Positions 1 to 6,720 are shown, numbered from the stretch's first letter. The stretch: DNA of 7,574 nt from Promethearchaeota archaeon (GCA_048939465.1 JBHLPL010000093.1:1-7574); one strand, 5' to 3'. Notes: generated by a model from the sequence alone, not told the origin. Numbers and translations are program-made.

Positions 1-213
1 TTAACAGATTGGGTCAGCATCGTAGTGATGGCCGGTCAAAGAGCTATCTAAAAAGGGATAGATGCCGGGGAATTTGCAAAGGAAGTAGCCCAAGTTGTTG
101 GAGGAAAAGGCGGCGGAAAGGTTGATTTAGGTCAGGGGGCGGGGGGGAAGATCGACAAAGTCGAGGATGCCATCAAAAAAGCGTCAAGAATCATAGAAGA
201 GAAAGCACTATGA
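1..213 (+). CDS. alaS: 3' end of probable alanyl-tRNA synthetase (C-terminal DHHA1/C-Ala domain), 5'-truncated by the window, with an in-frame TAA at 49-51
   Basis: Frame 1 reads LTDWVSIVVMAGQRAI*KGIDAGEFAKEVAQVVGGKGGGKVDLGQGAGGKIDKVEDAIKKASRIIEEKAL*. The GGKGGG..dLgQGaG motif is the DHHA1 signature. The TGA at 211-213 overlaps the next ATG (ATGA). DHHA1 also occurs in other proteins, so the alaS name is likely but not proven. Confidence 0.72.
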
Positions 214-875
214 ACCAAAACGAGCTGCTGGATTTACTAACTATGGGAGAGGCCGCAAAGGATCTCAGGTACTTACTAAGTAGGAGTTATGGCAGAACAA
301 GCGCTGTGAATTTTATTGGAGATAAGTATCTGTTGGATAAAGAAGAACGGCATATTCTCTTCAGAGCCGTATATCCCCCAGAGGATGCAGAAAAAAGAAG
401 AAACAAGCTCATTTCAATAGAAAAGGTCGAGAATAAGGTACTAGCAATAGATGGATACAATCAGATAATAGTCGTTGAAAGCCTGCTCAATAGACTGCCG
501 ATTATTGATTGTGATGATGGGTTCATTCGTGATATTACTGGGGTCTTCAGCAATTATAAGGTATCAAATGTGACATATGATGCAATAAAGCTGATTTTGG
601 ATCTTGTGGTGGAATACTTGCCGAAAAAGACCTTGTTCTATTTTGATCAGCCGATAAGCAAAAGCGGAGAACTAGCAATGGAAGTAAAGAAGAGATTAAT
701 GGAATATGGATTAGAAGGCGACGCAGGAGCAGTAAAACAACCCGATCGAGAAGTCTTAAATGAGGGGGAAATCGTGGCCAGCAGCGATGGAATCATCATA
801 GATAGTGCAGAAATGATAGTCGATTTGGCAGGATATATTGTGCGCAAGAGCAAGAAGAAGCTGGTCAAGATATGA
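210..875 (+). CDS. DUF434 family protein (PIN-like fold)
   Basis: Motifs AAKDLRYLLSRSY...FIGDKYLL..EERHILFRAV, AIDGYN, DDGFIRD, FDQPISKSGELA and VASSDGIIID are typical of DUF434 proteins. ATGA coupling to the upstream gene. Confidence 0.85.
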   Translation: MNQNELLDLLTMGEAAKDLRYLLSRSYGRTSAVNFIGDKYLLDKEERHILFRAVYPPEDAEKRRNKLISIEKVENKVLAIDGYNQIIVVESLLNRLPIIDCDDGFIRDITGVFSNYKVSNVTYDAIKLILDLVVEYLPKKTLFYFDQPISKSGELAMEVKKRLMEYGLEGDAGAVKQPDREVLNEGEIVASSDGIIIDSAEMIVDLAGYIVRKSKKKLVKI

Positions 876-907
876 GTCAAGACCATCATAGGATGCTTCT
901 GCATTAA

Positions 908-1175
908 GTTCTAGCCTTATTGGTGAGAAGTCCTCTTGCGAAAGCTGGGGGATGAGAGCACGAAACGCTTATATGTCCTTTTTTCCAGCACTTTACTTGC
1001 GTAGGCATAGGACAGGCCGAAGTCACGCCTGTGGAGACCAAGACCTCCGTAACCTACCCTTCTCGACGTGGCTCTAAGACAAGTCTCTGCCGACGGAGAC
1101 TGCGCTCGGGGTGGGTGGAGATCGAGTCCGGTCGCAGAAGCAGGAAGCCACCTGCGAAAGCTGGTGGTAGTTCAC
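908..1175 (+). mobile_element. Non-autonomous IS200/IS605-family derivative (PATE/MITE-like) with no tnpA and no tnpB ORF
   Basis: Matching imperfect subterminal hairpins: TCCTCT-T-GC-GAAA-GC-T-GGGGGA (931-952) and CCACC-T-GC-GAAA-GC-T-GGTGG (1148-1167). The right end reads GAAGCAGGAAG-hairpin-TAGTTCAC. GAAG (1144-1147) next to the hairpin predicts the observed TCAC end (1172-1175) under the IS608 guide/cleavage pairing rule. The left boundary after TTAA (904-907) is inferred and less certain. Confidence 0.8.
961..974 (+). promoter_or_regulatory. Archaeal BRE/TATA promoter inside the mini-IS
   Basis: CGAAACGC-TTATAT: purine-rich BRE directly followed by a TATA box, about 26 nt upstream of the start of the structured region (~999-1001). 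Confidence 0.6.
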
Positions 1176-1195
1176 AAGCAACATTTTACTTCATT
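1000..1195 (+). ncRNA. TnpB omega-RNA (reRNA)-like scaffold (~1000-1175) plus putative guide from flanking DNA (1176-~1195)
   Basis: Starts with the tnpB-3'-derived segment GTAGGCATAGGACAGGCCGAAGTCACGCCTGTGGAG (reads VGIGQAEVTPVE). Helices: CCTGT(1028-1032)/GCAGG(1140-1144), GACC(1036-1039)/GGTC(1130-1133), CTCC(1045-1048)/GGAG(1117-1120), ACCTACCC(1052-1059)/GGGTGGGT(1109-1116), hairpin AGTCTCTG-CCGA-CGGAGACT(1082-1101), and the terminal right-end hairpin. Confidence 0.7.
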
Positions 1196-1249
1196 CTTAA
1201 GGGGCCCGTGGCCTAGCCAGGATAGGGCACTGGCCTTCTAAGCCAGTAG

Positions 1250-1277
1250 ATCTGCCATGGAACCGAGCAGAGCTGAA
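1250..1277 (+). other. 28-nt tRNA intron at position 46/47 (relaxed BHB)
   Basis: Central helix CAGT/GCTG, bulges AG|A and AA|T, intron helix TCTGC/GCAGA. Removal yields a standard 5-nt variable loop. Confidence 0.88.
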
Positions 1278-1290
1278 TCAGGGGTTCAAA

Positions 1291-1318
1291 TGCCTTTTCA
1301 ATAAGAATGGGCTGAAAT
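1291..1318 (+). other. 28-nt tRNA intron at position 59/60 (strict BHB)
   Basis: T-stem AGGGG/CCCCT serves as the exon helix; central helix TTCA/TGAA; bulges AA|T and AT|T; intron hairpin GCCTTTTC-AATAA-GAATGGGC. Removal restores the T-loop TTCAAAT. Confidence 0.92.
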
Positions 1319-1335
1319 TCCCCTCGGGCCCGCCA

Positions 1336-1340
1336 TTTTT
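1336..1340 (+). terminator. Oligo-T terminator after the tRNA
   Basis: TTTTT immediately after the encoded CCA. Confidence 0.5.
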
Positions 1341-1363
1341 GGACTGTTTCAACGGTGTGGTTG

Positions 1364-2428
1364 ATGGATTCCGTCTTATGTTTAAGCATTTCAAAGGATA
1401 GAGGAGAAAAAGCAAGGCGACTTCTGAAAACCCTAGGACTTTTCAATGAGGATTGGACAATAGAAACCGACGATGTTCGGTTGTATATTCCATTACTACG
1501 AAGGCCGTCTTCAGACGAAGACAGAAAAATCTCAGAAGAGATATGCCAATATGAGATAGTCCACAGAAGCCTTAACGCTAGAGCAAAGAAGAGGTCTAGG
1601 AACCTGAAAGGATTCTTGACCAACAAACTCACGGCGTCTCAACTTAAACTGCTCCCTAGGGCATTTGATATTATCGGTGACATTGCAGTAATAGAAATAC
1701 CACCAGAACTTAGAAGTGTAAAGAAAAAAATTGGAGATGCCTTGATTGCAATTCACAGAAATGTGAATTCTGTATTTGCCAAGGCCGGTAGTGTAAGAGG
1801 CAAATACCGGACTAGAATGCTGGAGCACATTGCAGGAGTGAACAAAACCGAGACAACCTATCGTGAACATGGGTGTGCATATCAGCTTGACGTCTCAAAG
1901 GTATATTTCAGCCCGCGTCTATCTGCAGAAAGGGGAAGAGTAGCTGCTCAGATCAAGCCTCAAGAAGTTGTGCTAGATATGTTTGCAGGCGTCGGACCTT
2001 TTTCAGTCTTGATAGCCAAAACCAAAGGGGTTAATGTATATGCGATTGACATCAATCCGTATGCGATTTATTATTTAAGAAAAAACATCCTAGCAAACCA
2101 AGTCAATAGCTTGGTTACTGCATACCTAGGAGAAGCGAGAGAAATAGTCGAGAAAAACTATCGGAGAATCGCCGACAGAGTGATCATGAACCTTCCCGAA
2201 GAAGCGAGTCGATATTTGGATGTAGCATGTTTAGCCATCAAACGGAGTGGAGGAACCATACACTTCTATGAGTTCAGATCATCAAATGCACCAGTTGAGG
2301 AAGCCATAGCTGAGACTTCAAATAAAATCCAGGCCTATGGAAGAAAATTGGAGAGTATTTCCGGGAGGAAAATCAAAGAAAGTGCACCTTTCAAGTGGCA
2401 TGTTGGTTTGGATATCAAAATAAAGTGA
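1364..2428 (+). CDS. trm5: tRNA m1G37 methyltransferase, Trm5/Met-10+ family
   Basis: Motifs LPRAFDIIGDIAVIEI, YREHGC.YQLDVSKVYFSPRLS.ER, VLDMFAGVGPF, AIDINP and RVIMNLP; N-terminal D1 domain present. ATG 1364 is preferred because GGTG lies at 1354-1357; the ORF can extend to GTG 1355. Confidence 0.92.
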   Translation: MDSVLCLSISKDRGEKARRLLKTLGLFNEDWTIETDDVRLYIPLLRRPSSDEDRKISEEICQYEIVHRSLNARAKKRSRNLKGFLTNKLTASQLKLLPRAFDIIGDIAVIEIPPELRSVKKKIGDALIAIHRNVNSVFAKAGSVRGKYRTRMLEHIAGVNKTETTYREHGCAYQLDVSKVYFSPRLSAERGRVAAQIKPQEVVLDMFAGVGPFSVLIAKTKGVNVYAIDINPYAIYYLRKNILANQVNSLVTAYLGEAREIVEKNYRRIADRVIMNLPEEASRYLDVACLAIKRSGGTIHFYEFRSSNAPVEEAIAETSNKIQAYGRKLESISGRKIKESAPFKWHVGLDIKIK

Positions 2429-2437
2429 CAGAACTCC

Positions 2438-2884
2438 TTAGATAATAATAGTAGAAGTGATAAGTTGTTGAGGGTTTTTAAGAAGGGATATCATTTTGCG
2501 ATTCAAATCGATAGCTGCTTTGTCCGCTCTAATCATGAGAGTACGTCCACAAATAAAATCGCTTTTGCGTCCGACTATATCTGAGGAGTGTGAAAAAGTC
2601 AGATCAGGATGACCATATCCAGTTATTACCTCCTTGAACTTGCCGACACCAAGAACTACCTGAATTTCTGCGCCTTCACAGCATGCGAATTCTTTGAATT
2701 CTGGACTTAGATCTCTTATCGATCTGTCGGCATTTACTCCGATGACGCAAGTACCTCTACTTCCGACAGTGGGAGCCATTGTTAATTCAAACGTGGTCTG
2801 GTGCGTTGCAGTTATATTGGGATGACCACATGCTTTGACGATTTCGATAGTCTTAGTCAATCGATTGCCTCGCAGTCTTTTCAT
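2438..2884 (-). CDS. DUF371 family protein
   Basis: Motifs GHPNITATH.TTFELT, RGTCVIGVNAD, G.GHPDLT, IVGRKS.FIC.RTLMIRADKAA.DL. Confidence 0.88.
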   Translation of the reverse strand: MKRLRGNRLTKTIEIVKACGHPNITATHQTTFELTMAPTVGSRGTCVIGVNADRSIRDLSPEFKEFACCEGAEIQVVLGVGKFKEVITGYGHPDLTFSHSSDIVGRKSDFICGRTLMIRADKAAIDLNRKMISLLKNPQQLITSTIII

Positions 2885-2969
2885 CTTTTTCTCCGCAAAA
2901 AGACCCCATCTGAAAGGGTGAAGATGAATTGCGGTATGTTTAAATGATTTTTTGGTAATTAAGTTTTGG

Positions 2970-3239
2970 GTAAGACACTCGTAAGAGCAAGGTTGATCGA
3001 CGGCATGGGTGTAACATTCAGTCTGGGAGCGCAGGCCTTGTGGGTGTATCCTGCTTGACGGGGCTACTAGCTGTTTTTGGCACAGTATGGAGCGGATCAG
3101 CCCAAAGGCTGAAAGAGATCTTCCTGTGCAGCCCTGAATTCGGAGTACAGAAACCTCCCCTCTGAGAAGCCGAAGTTTACTCAGGTGTATAAGGCAGGGA
3201 GAAGGAGGAGGCTCCTTGCGAAAGCTGGGAGCAGCACAC
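2970..3239 (+). ncRNA. Structured non-coding RNA ending in an IS200/IS605 right-end-type hairpin; possible divergent omega-RNA or IS remnant
   Basis: GCTCCT-T-GC-GAAA-GC-T-GGGAGC (3211-3232) followed by AGCACAC aligns position for position with 1148-1175. Nested helices: GCACAG/CTGTGC (3080-3129), CAGCC-CAAA-GGCTG, CGGGGCT/AGCCCTG, CTGAG..CTCAG and CTCCC/GGGAG. G-U pairs favour the + strand. TTTAAAT box at 2939-2945. The 5' limit is approximate. Confidence 0.55.
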
Positions 3240-3319
3240 TAGTTATTATACGCTAAACAACCTAAATTAATTAAAGATAAGATATTATTGTTCCTAGCCA
3301 TCCAGTTTATTAAATCTCG

Positions 3320-4006
3320 GTGAAATCCTTGTCAAATAAGCGATCATTGGAAGAAAAGCAAAGAACAATAGAGCGATTGAAAAAATCGGGCTCAGTGAGT
3401 GATCCTAAAGTCATACAAGCATTCCTGAAGGTTCCTAGAGAGGAATTTGTGAATCCAGATTTAAGAAATGAGGCCTATATAGATACTCCTCTTCCGATAG
3501 GGCATGGTCAAACCATATCTGCGATTCACATGGTACTAATGATGTCAGAAGTTCTGGACCTGCAAATAGGGCACAAGATGTTAGAAGTCGGTGCAGGTTC
3601 AGGCTATCACGCAGCGATATGCGCTGAGATTGTGGCTCCACAAGACGCCGGTAATAAAGGACATGTGTTCTCTATCGAGAGAGTACCAAATCTAGCAGAA
3701 TTTGCTAAGAAGAATCTGGAACGAGCAGGATATGGTGATAGAGTCACAGTTATCTTGGGGGATGGGACATGTGGCCTTCAAGAGGAGGCACCTTTTGACC
3801 GCATTCTCGTAACAGCTGCGGGTCCAACAATACCGAGGCCGCTGATCGAACAGTTGAAAGAAACGGGAAAACTAGTTATACCGATAGGACAATTACATCT
3901 GTGGCAGGATCTTGTCTTGGTTGAAAAGACCAAGAGAGGAATAAGGAAAAAGAGACTATGTGGAGTAGCATTTGTTCCCCTTAAAGGAAAATATGGATGG
4001 AAGTAA
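3320..4006 (+). CDS. pcm: Protein-L-isoaspartate O-methyltransferase
   Basis: Motifs VPREEFV, AYIDTPLPIGHGQTISAIHM, LEVGAGSGYHAA, GDGT.G..EEAPFDRILVTAA, QLKETGKLVIP, VAFVPL. Confidence 0.95.
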   Translation: MKSLSNKRSLEEKQRTIERLKKSGSVSDPKVIQAFLKVPREEFVNPDLRNEAYIDTPLPIGHGQTISAIHMVLMMSEVLDLQIGHKMLEVGAGSGYHAAICAEIVAPQDAGNKGHVFSIERVPNLAEFAKKNLERAGYGDRVTVILGDGTCGLQEEAPFDRILVTAAGPTIPRPLIEQLKETGKLVIPIGQLHLWQDLVLVEKTKRGIRKKRLCGVAFVPLKGKYGWK

Positions 4007-4077
4007 TTCAGAAGAGCAAAAAACAGGATAAAGTGTTAAGTAGAAAGGAATTGATTTCATTAGGTGAGGAAATACCA

Positions 4078-4695
4078 ATGAGTGGATTGGAGGAATTGAT
4101 AGAAAAGGCCAAGGAGCTTAAGAGGAAAGGCTTAACAACAGAGGAAATAGCGAATATACTGAACGTGCAAACTGATACTGCAACATGGCTATTAGTTAAG
4201 GCAGAGAAAGGTGTAAGAAGAACCGAGCCAAGGGACGTATTTGTCGACTGGAGTGTCATCGGTAGAGATCCGGCCCGACTTGAGCTCATGGGAATAATGC
4301 TTGCTAGTCTGATAGACGAGGCCATGGCAGACGGGAGTATCGAGGAGCCAGATATGATCGCAGGAGTGGATGCTGACGGCGGACCGTTAGCCACTATCAT
4401 TGCGCGAGAGTTGGAAAAACCATTGGCAATAATCAGGTGGAGGCATAGTGCAGAAGGAAAGAAGGACGAGCAACACCTTAGCATAGTAGACTCAAATTTC
4501 GGAGATGTCTATGGAAAGAAGATTTTGCTTGTAGATGACGTAATCACGACTGGAATTATGATACATGAAATAGCTAATGCCTCAAAAAAGACCAACACAA
4601 GGATCGTTGGTGCAGTTGTTATAGCAAACAAAACAAGTACTGATGAGGTTGACGGTGTGCCCTTACGTTGCGTCATAAAGGTAACTGCAATTTGA
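4078..4695 (+). CDS. gfcR: HTH + PRTase-like transcriptional regulator (orotate phosphoribosyltransferase-like, GfcR family)
   Basis: N-terminal LEELIEKAKELKRKGLTTEEIANILNV...ATWLL, DVFVDWSVIG, and the PRPP-binding loop LLVDDVITTG. ATG 4078 follows the RBS AGGTGAGG, so the ORF-track start at 3997 is too far upstream. Confidence 0.85.
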   Translation: MSGLEELIEKAKELKRKGLTTEEIANILNVQTDTATWLLVKAEKGVRRTEPRDVFVDWSVIGRDPARLELMGIMLASLIDEAMADGSIEEPDMIAGVDADGGPLATIIARELEKPLAIIRWRHSAEGKKDEQHLSIVDSNFGDVYGKKILLVDDVITTGIMIHEIANASKKTNTRIVGAVVIANKTSTDEVDGVPLRCVIKVTAI

Positions 4696-4725
4696 TGAAA
4701 ACCCTTGTTGGAATCTGCATCATAT

Positions 4726-5929
4726 CTAAGTTTTTTTCATCAAAGCTATGAAGAATCCTGGCGTATCATGCAGATCGGGATAAAATCGCTGTAGATGCTT
4801 CGCTTCAGGGAATTGCTCTTGCAGTTCACCAGACGACCCGTATAAATAGACTTGATCAATAACAGAAAAACCGAAATGCTCCGTTGCATATTTGATATTA
4901 GATTCATTCTCTTCAGCCGATAAAGTGCATGTACTGTAAGCAATGATGCCGTCTTTCTTTACGAGTTTCCCGGCTACGCCAAGAAACTGCCTCTGGTATG
5001 CTGCACACGCTAATATTTCATTTCTTGTCTTTGTCTCATACAATTTAGGACGATGGCCCAGAGCAGAGCATGGGGGATCGATTAGTACGCGATCTGCTCT
5101 TAAAGAATACTCTTCAGCCAATCCGAGGGCATTCCGCTGAAGAATCTTGACATTGGTTATACCCAATCTCTGAGTGTGATGGTTTAGTGTTTGGAGACGA
5201 GACGGAGAACGATCTACAGCCAATATTGTTCCCCTGTTATTCATTAGCTGAGCCATGTGTGTGGTTTTTCCACCTGGTGCAGCGCACATATCAATGATAA
5301 ATTCATTTGGTTTTGGGTCCAGAATTCGACTTGTTAGAATAGCAGGTAGAGATTGACCGTAGAAATATCCTAACTGATACAGTGGTGTTTCTCGCAAGCT
5401 TAAAACATGGTATTTGGATTTGATAACCTCTACAGCTAATCCTCGTCTCTTCTGAAGTATCTCTTTACTACTCATCTTTGCTATACCAGTAGCTATACGG
5501 TTACCATATTTGTCAACTATGAGAGTCTTATCTCCAGGATGGATTTTGCCTGTTTTAATTACTCCAGGCGCATAGAGACAGGCACCCAGCATCACGCTTT
5601 CTGCTGCGAAATTTATCCGCTACAATCCTCTTGTCAGCATCCGGTATATCGAAAGGGCCCTTGACAGGAAAGGAAATCATTTCGGTTATCTTCATATCGG
5701 ATTTAGCTTCTACGCCTTTCTCAGCCAGTAGGCTGATAAGCCGTTCTGGTGAAATTCTAATAGTGTTTGCCCTAATGGTGTAATTCTTTCCGGGCTTTCT
5801 TAATGCAGCAATAATGCGTTCTGCTCGATTCAGACCGTATGATTCGATAAACACTCCAATAACGTCTGAGGAGTAACCATATTTCTCTGATAAAACCATA
5901 ATATCCGAACCATGCATATGAACCACCAT
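4726..5929 (-). CDS. PUA-domain RsmB/NOL1/NOP2 RNA m5C methyltransferase (NSUN6-like), interrupted by one extra nucleotide at 5608-5611
   Basis: ORF 5555-5929 (EKYGY, TIRANT, KRIVADKF) and ORF 4726-5595 (GACLYAPGV, QSLPAILTSRILDP, IDMCAAPGGKTTH, VLIDPPCSALG, YSTCTL, RFYPDLHDTPGFFIA) join as DKF-AAESVMLGA if one base of TTTC is skipped. Confidence 0.88.
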
Positions 5930-6135
5930 TTGCTTTCAGATTCCTATAATTAGTTACATGTTCTTAAAATGTCTGAAGCATAAGTGAAGTAAAAATCTAA
6001 ACCTAATCCTTATGTCAAAATCATCAAACAGGCTTCTGAGTGATTCCAATATTTGAACATATGTTCTAGTATTGAAAAATTGAAAGTATGGCTTTCAATG
6101 ATGTTCTCAAAGAGACAGAGAATACATCAAATCAC

Positions 6136-6141
6136 AAAAAA
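6136..6141 (-). terminator. Oligo-T terminator of the structured RNA
   Basis: CTCTCTTTTTT on the minus strand at the end of the closing helix. Confidence 0.45.
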
Positions 6142-6488
6142 GAGAGGTTGTGTGTGGTCAGACGGATAGTCCTCCCGGATCCCAACAGATGACCTTTTTC
6201 AACAACCTGCTGACGTCTCTAAAGTAATAGAGGACGTCTCAGCAGTTGAGCAGCCTGATCAGGTGACAAGGCATCTCTAGGGGATCCGTTTTCTTTAACC
6301 ACGTTTCGTACCTTTCTCTTTACAACAAACACATTGCATCCCCCCTTTCCCGCCTTGTGGCGGTTTGGGTATTTGTTTCATCACGCCCCTCCTTGGCGCT
6401 CTGTCTAGGAAAGATGTCTTTCACAGAGCAGACAAATCCACCCGAACAAAGAGGTTTCAATTGCATCCCACTCCCGCATCAATCCTAC
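6136..6488 (-). ncRNA. Unclassified ~350-nt highly structured RNA
   Basis: ORF-free, GC-richer island in AT-rich intergenic DNA. Helices: CGGATCCC/GGGATCCG, GATGCCTT/AAGG(T)CATC, a long CTGCT-GACGTC-TCTA hairpin (6207-6245), GGGT..ATTTGT/ACAAATACCC, GCTCTGT/ACAGAGC, CCGCC-ACAA-GGCGG, GTGGT/ACCAC, AAAGAGA/TCTCTTT. The minus strand is chosen from promoter and terminator placement; G-U evidence is mixed. Confidence 0.65.
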
Positions 6489-6507
6489 GATTATATCTAA
6501 TAACGGC

Positions 6508-6517
6508 TATATATTTA
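6508..6517 (-). promoter_or_regulatory. TATA box for the structured RNA
   Basis: TAAATATATA on the minus strand, about 25 nt upstream of the GTAGG start at ~6488-6485. Confidence 0.5.
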
Positions 6518-6720
6518 CATATTTGTCTAATATAATAGTCATCAGTCTAATTAAATGATTGTTATGACAGGATTGGCTGTATTGCTTAAAACGAGTCCTT
6601 TGACTGTATTGAATCAATTGATGTTTGTGATTTACAAAATAATATTTATAATGAAAAGTGGGCTTCATATTAACTGATATATACTTGGATAGGGGCATTT
6701 CCTGAAGCGAGGGAGAAGGA

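Larger units (their letters stand above)
1202..1335 (+). tRNA. tRNA-Arg(TCT) with two non-canonical introns; CCA encoded
   Basis: Exons 1202-1249, 1278-1290 and 1319-1335 join into a 78-nt cloverleaf. Acceptor GGGCCCG/CGGGCCC; D-arm GCCT..GGGC; anticodon arm CTGGC-CT-TCT-AA-GCCAG; variable loop TAGTC; T-arm AGGGG-TTCAAAT-CCCCT; discriminator G; CCA. Confidence 0.95.

Noticed and set aside
49-51. Reassignment of TAA to a sense codon
   Set aside because: TAA terminates pcm (4004-4006) and DUF371 (2438-2440) at the expected protein ends.
38-66. BHB intron explaining the alaS stop (hairpin CTATC/GATAG)
   Set aside because: No 4-bp central helix with 3-nt bulges can be formed, and excision would delete the conserved KGID residues.
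1031-1216. 61-aa ORF as a real protein or TnpB
   Set aside because: It is the reading-frame remnant of the tnpB tail (TPVE) running through the omega-RNA scaffold and into the tRNA. No RuvC or zinc-finger motifs are present.
2900-2933. Left end of the second IS605-like element (CCCCATCT-GAAA-GGGTGAAGATGAATTGCGG)
   Set aside because: It resembles a left end, but the hairpin is degenerate and the equivalent cleavage site would fall inside the DUF371 start with no TTAA. Too weak to set a boundary.
2970-3239. SRP RNA or RNase P RNA
   Set aside because: No SRP helix-8 motif. The GAGCAAG and ACAGAAAC words are in the wrong order for RNase P, and CR-I is absent.
6370-6440. Hammerhead ribozyme (ATTTGTC...GAAACAAAT resembles stem III with a GUC site)
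   Set aside because: There is no CUGANGA between stem I and stem II. TGATGA runs straight into GAAA, so the catalytic core is absent.
6136-6488. RNase P RNA
   Set aside because: Fragments resemble conserved regions (ACGGATAGTCCTCCC on +; GTACGAAACG...GAAAACGG on -), but they lie on different strands. P3, CR-IV and a correctly spaced CR-V are missing. Only a covariance-model search could revive this.
6079-6720. CRISPR array with leader
   Set aside because: ATTGAAA(C/G) handles occur, but there are no two full-length regularly spaced repeats and no cas genes in the window.
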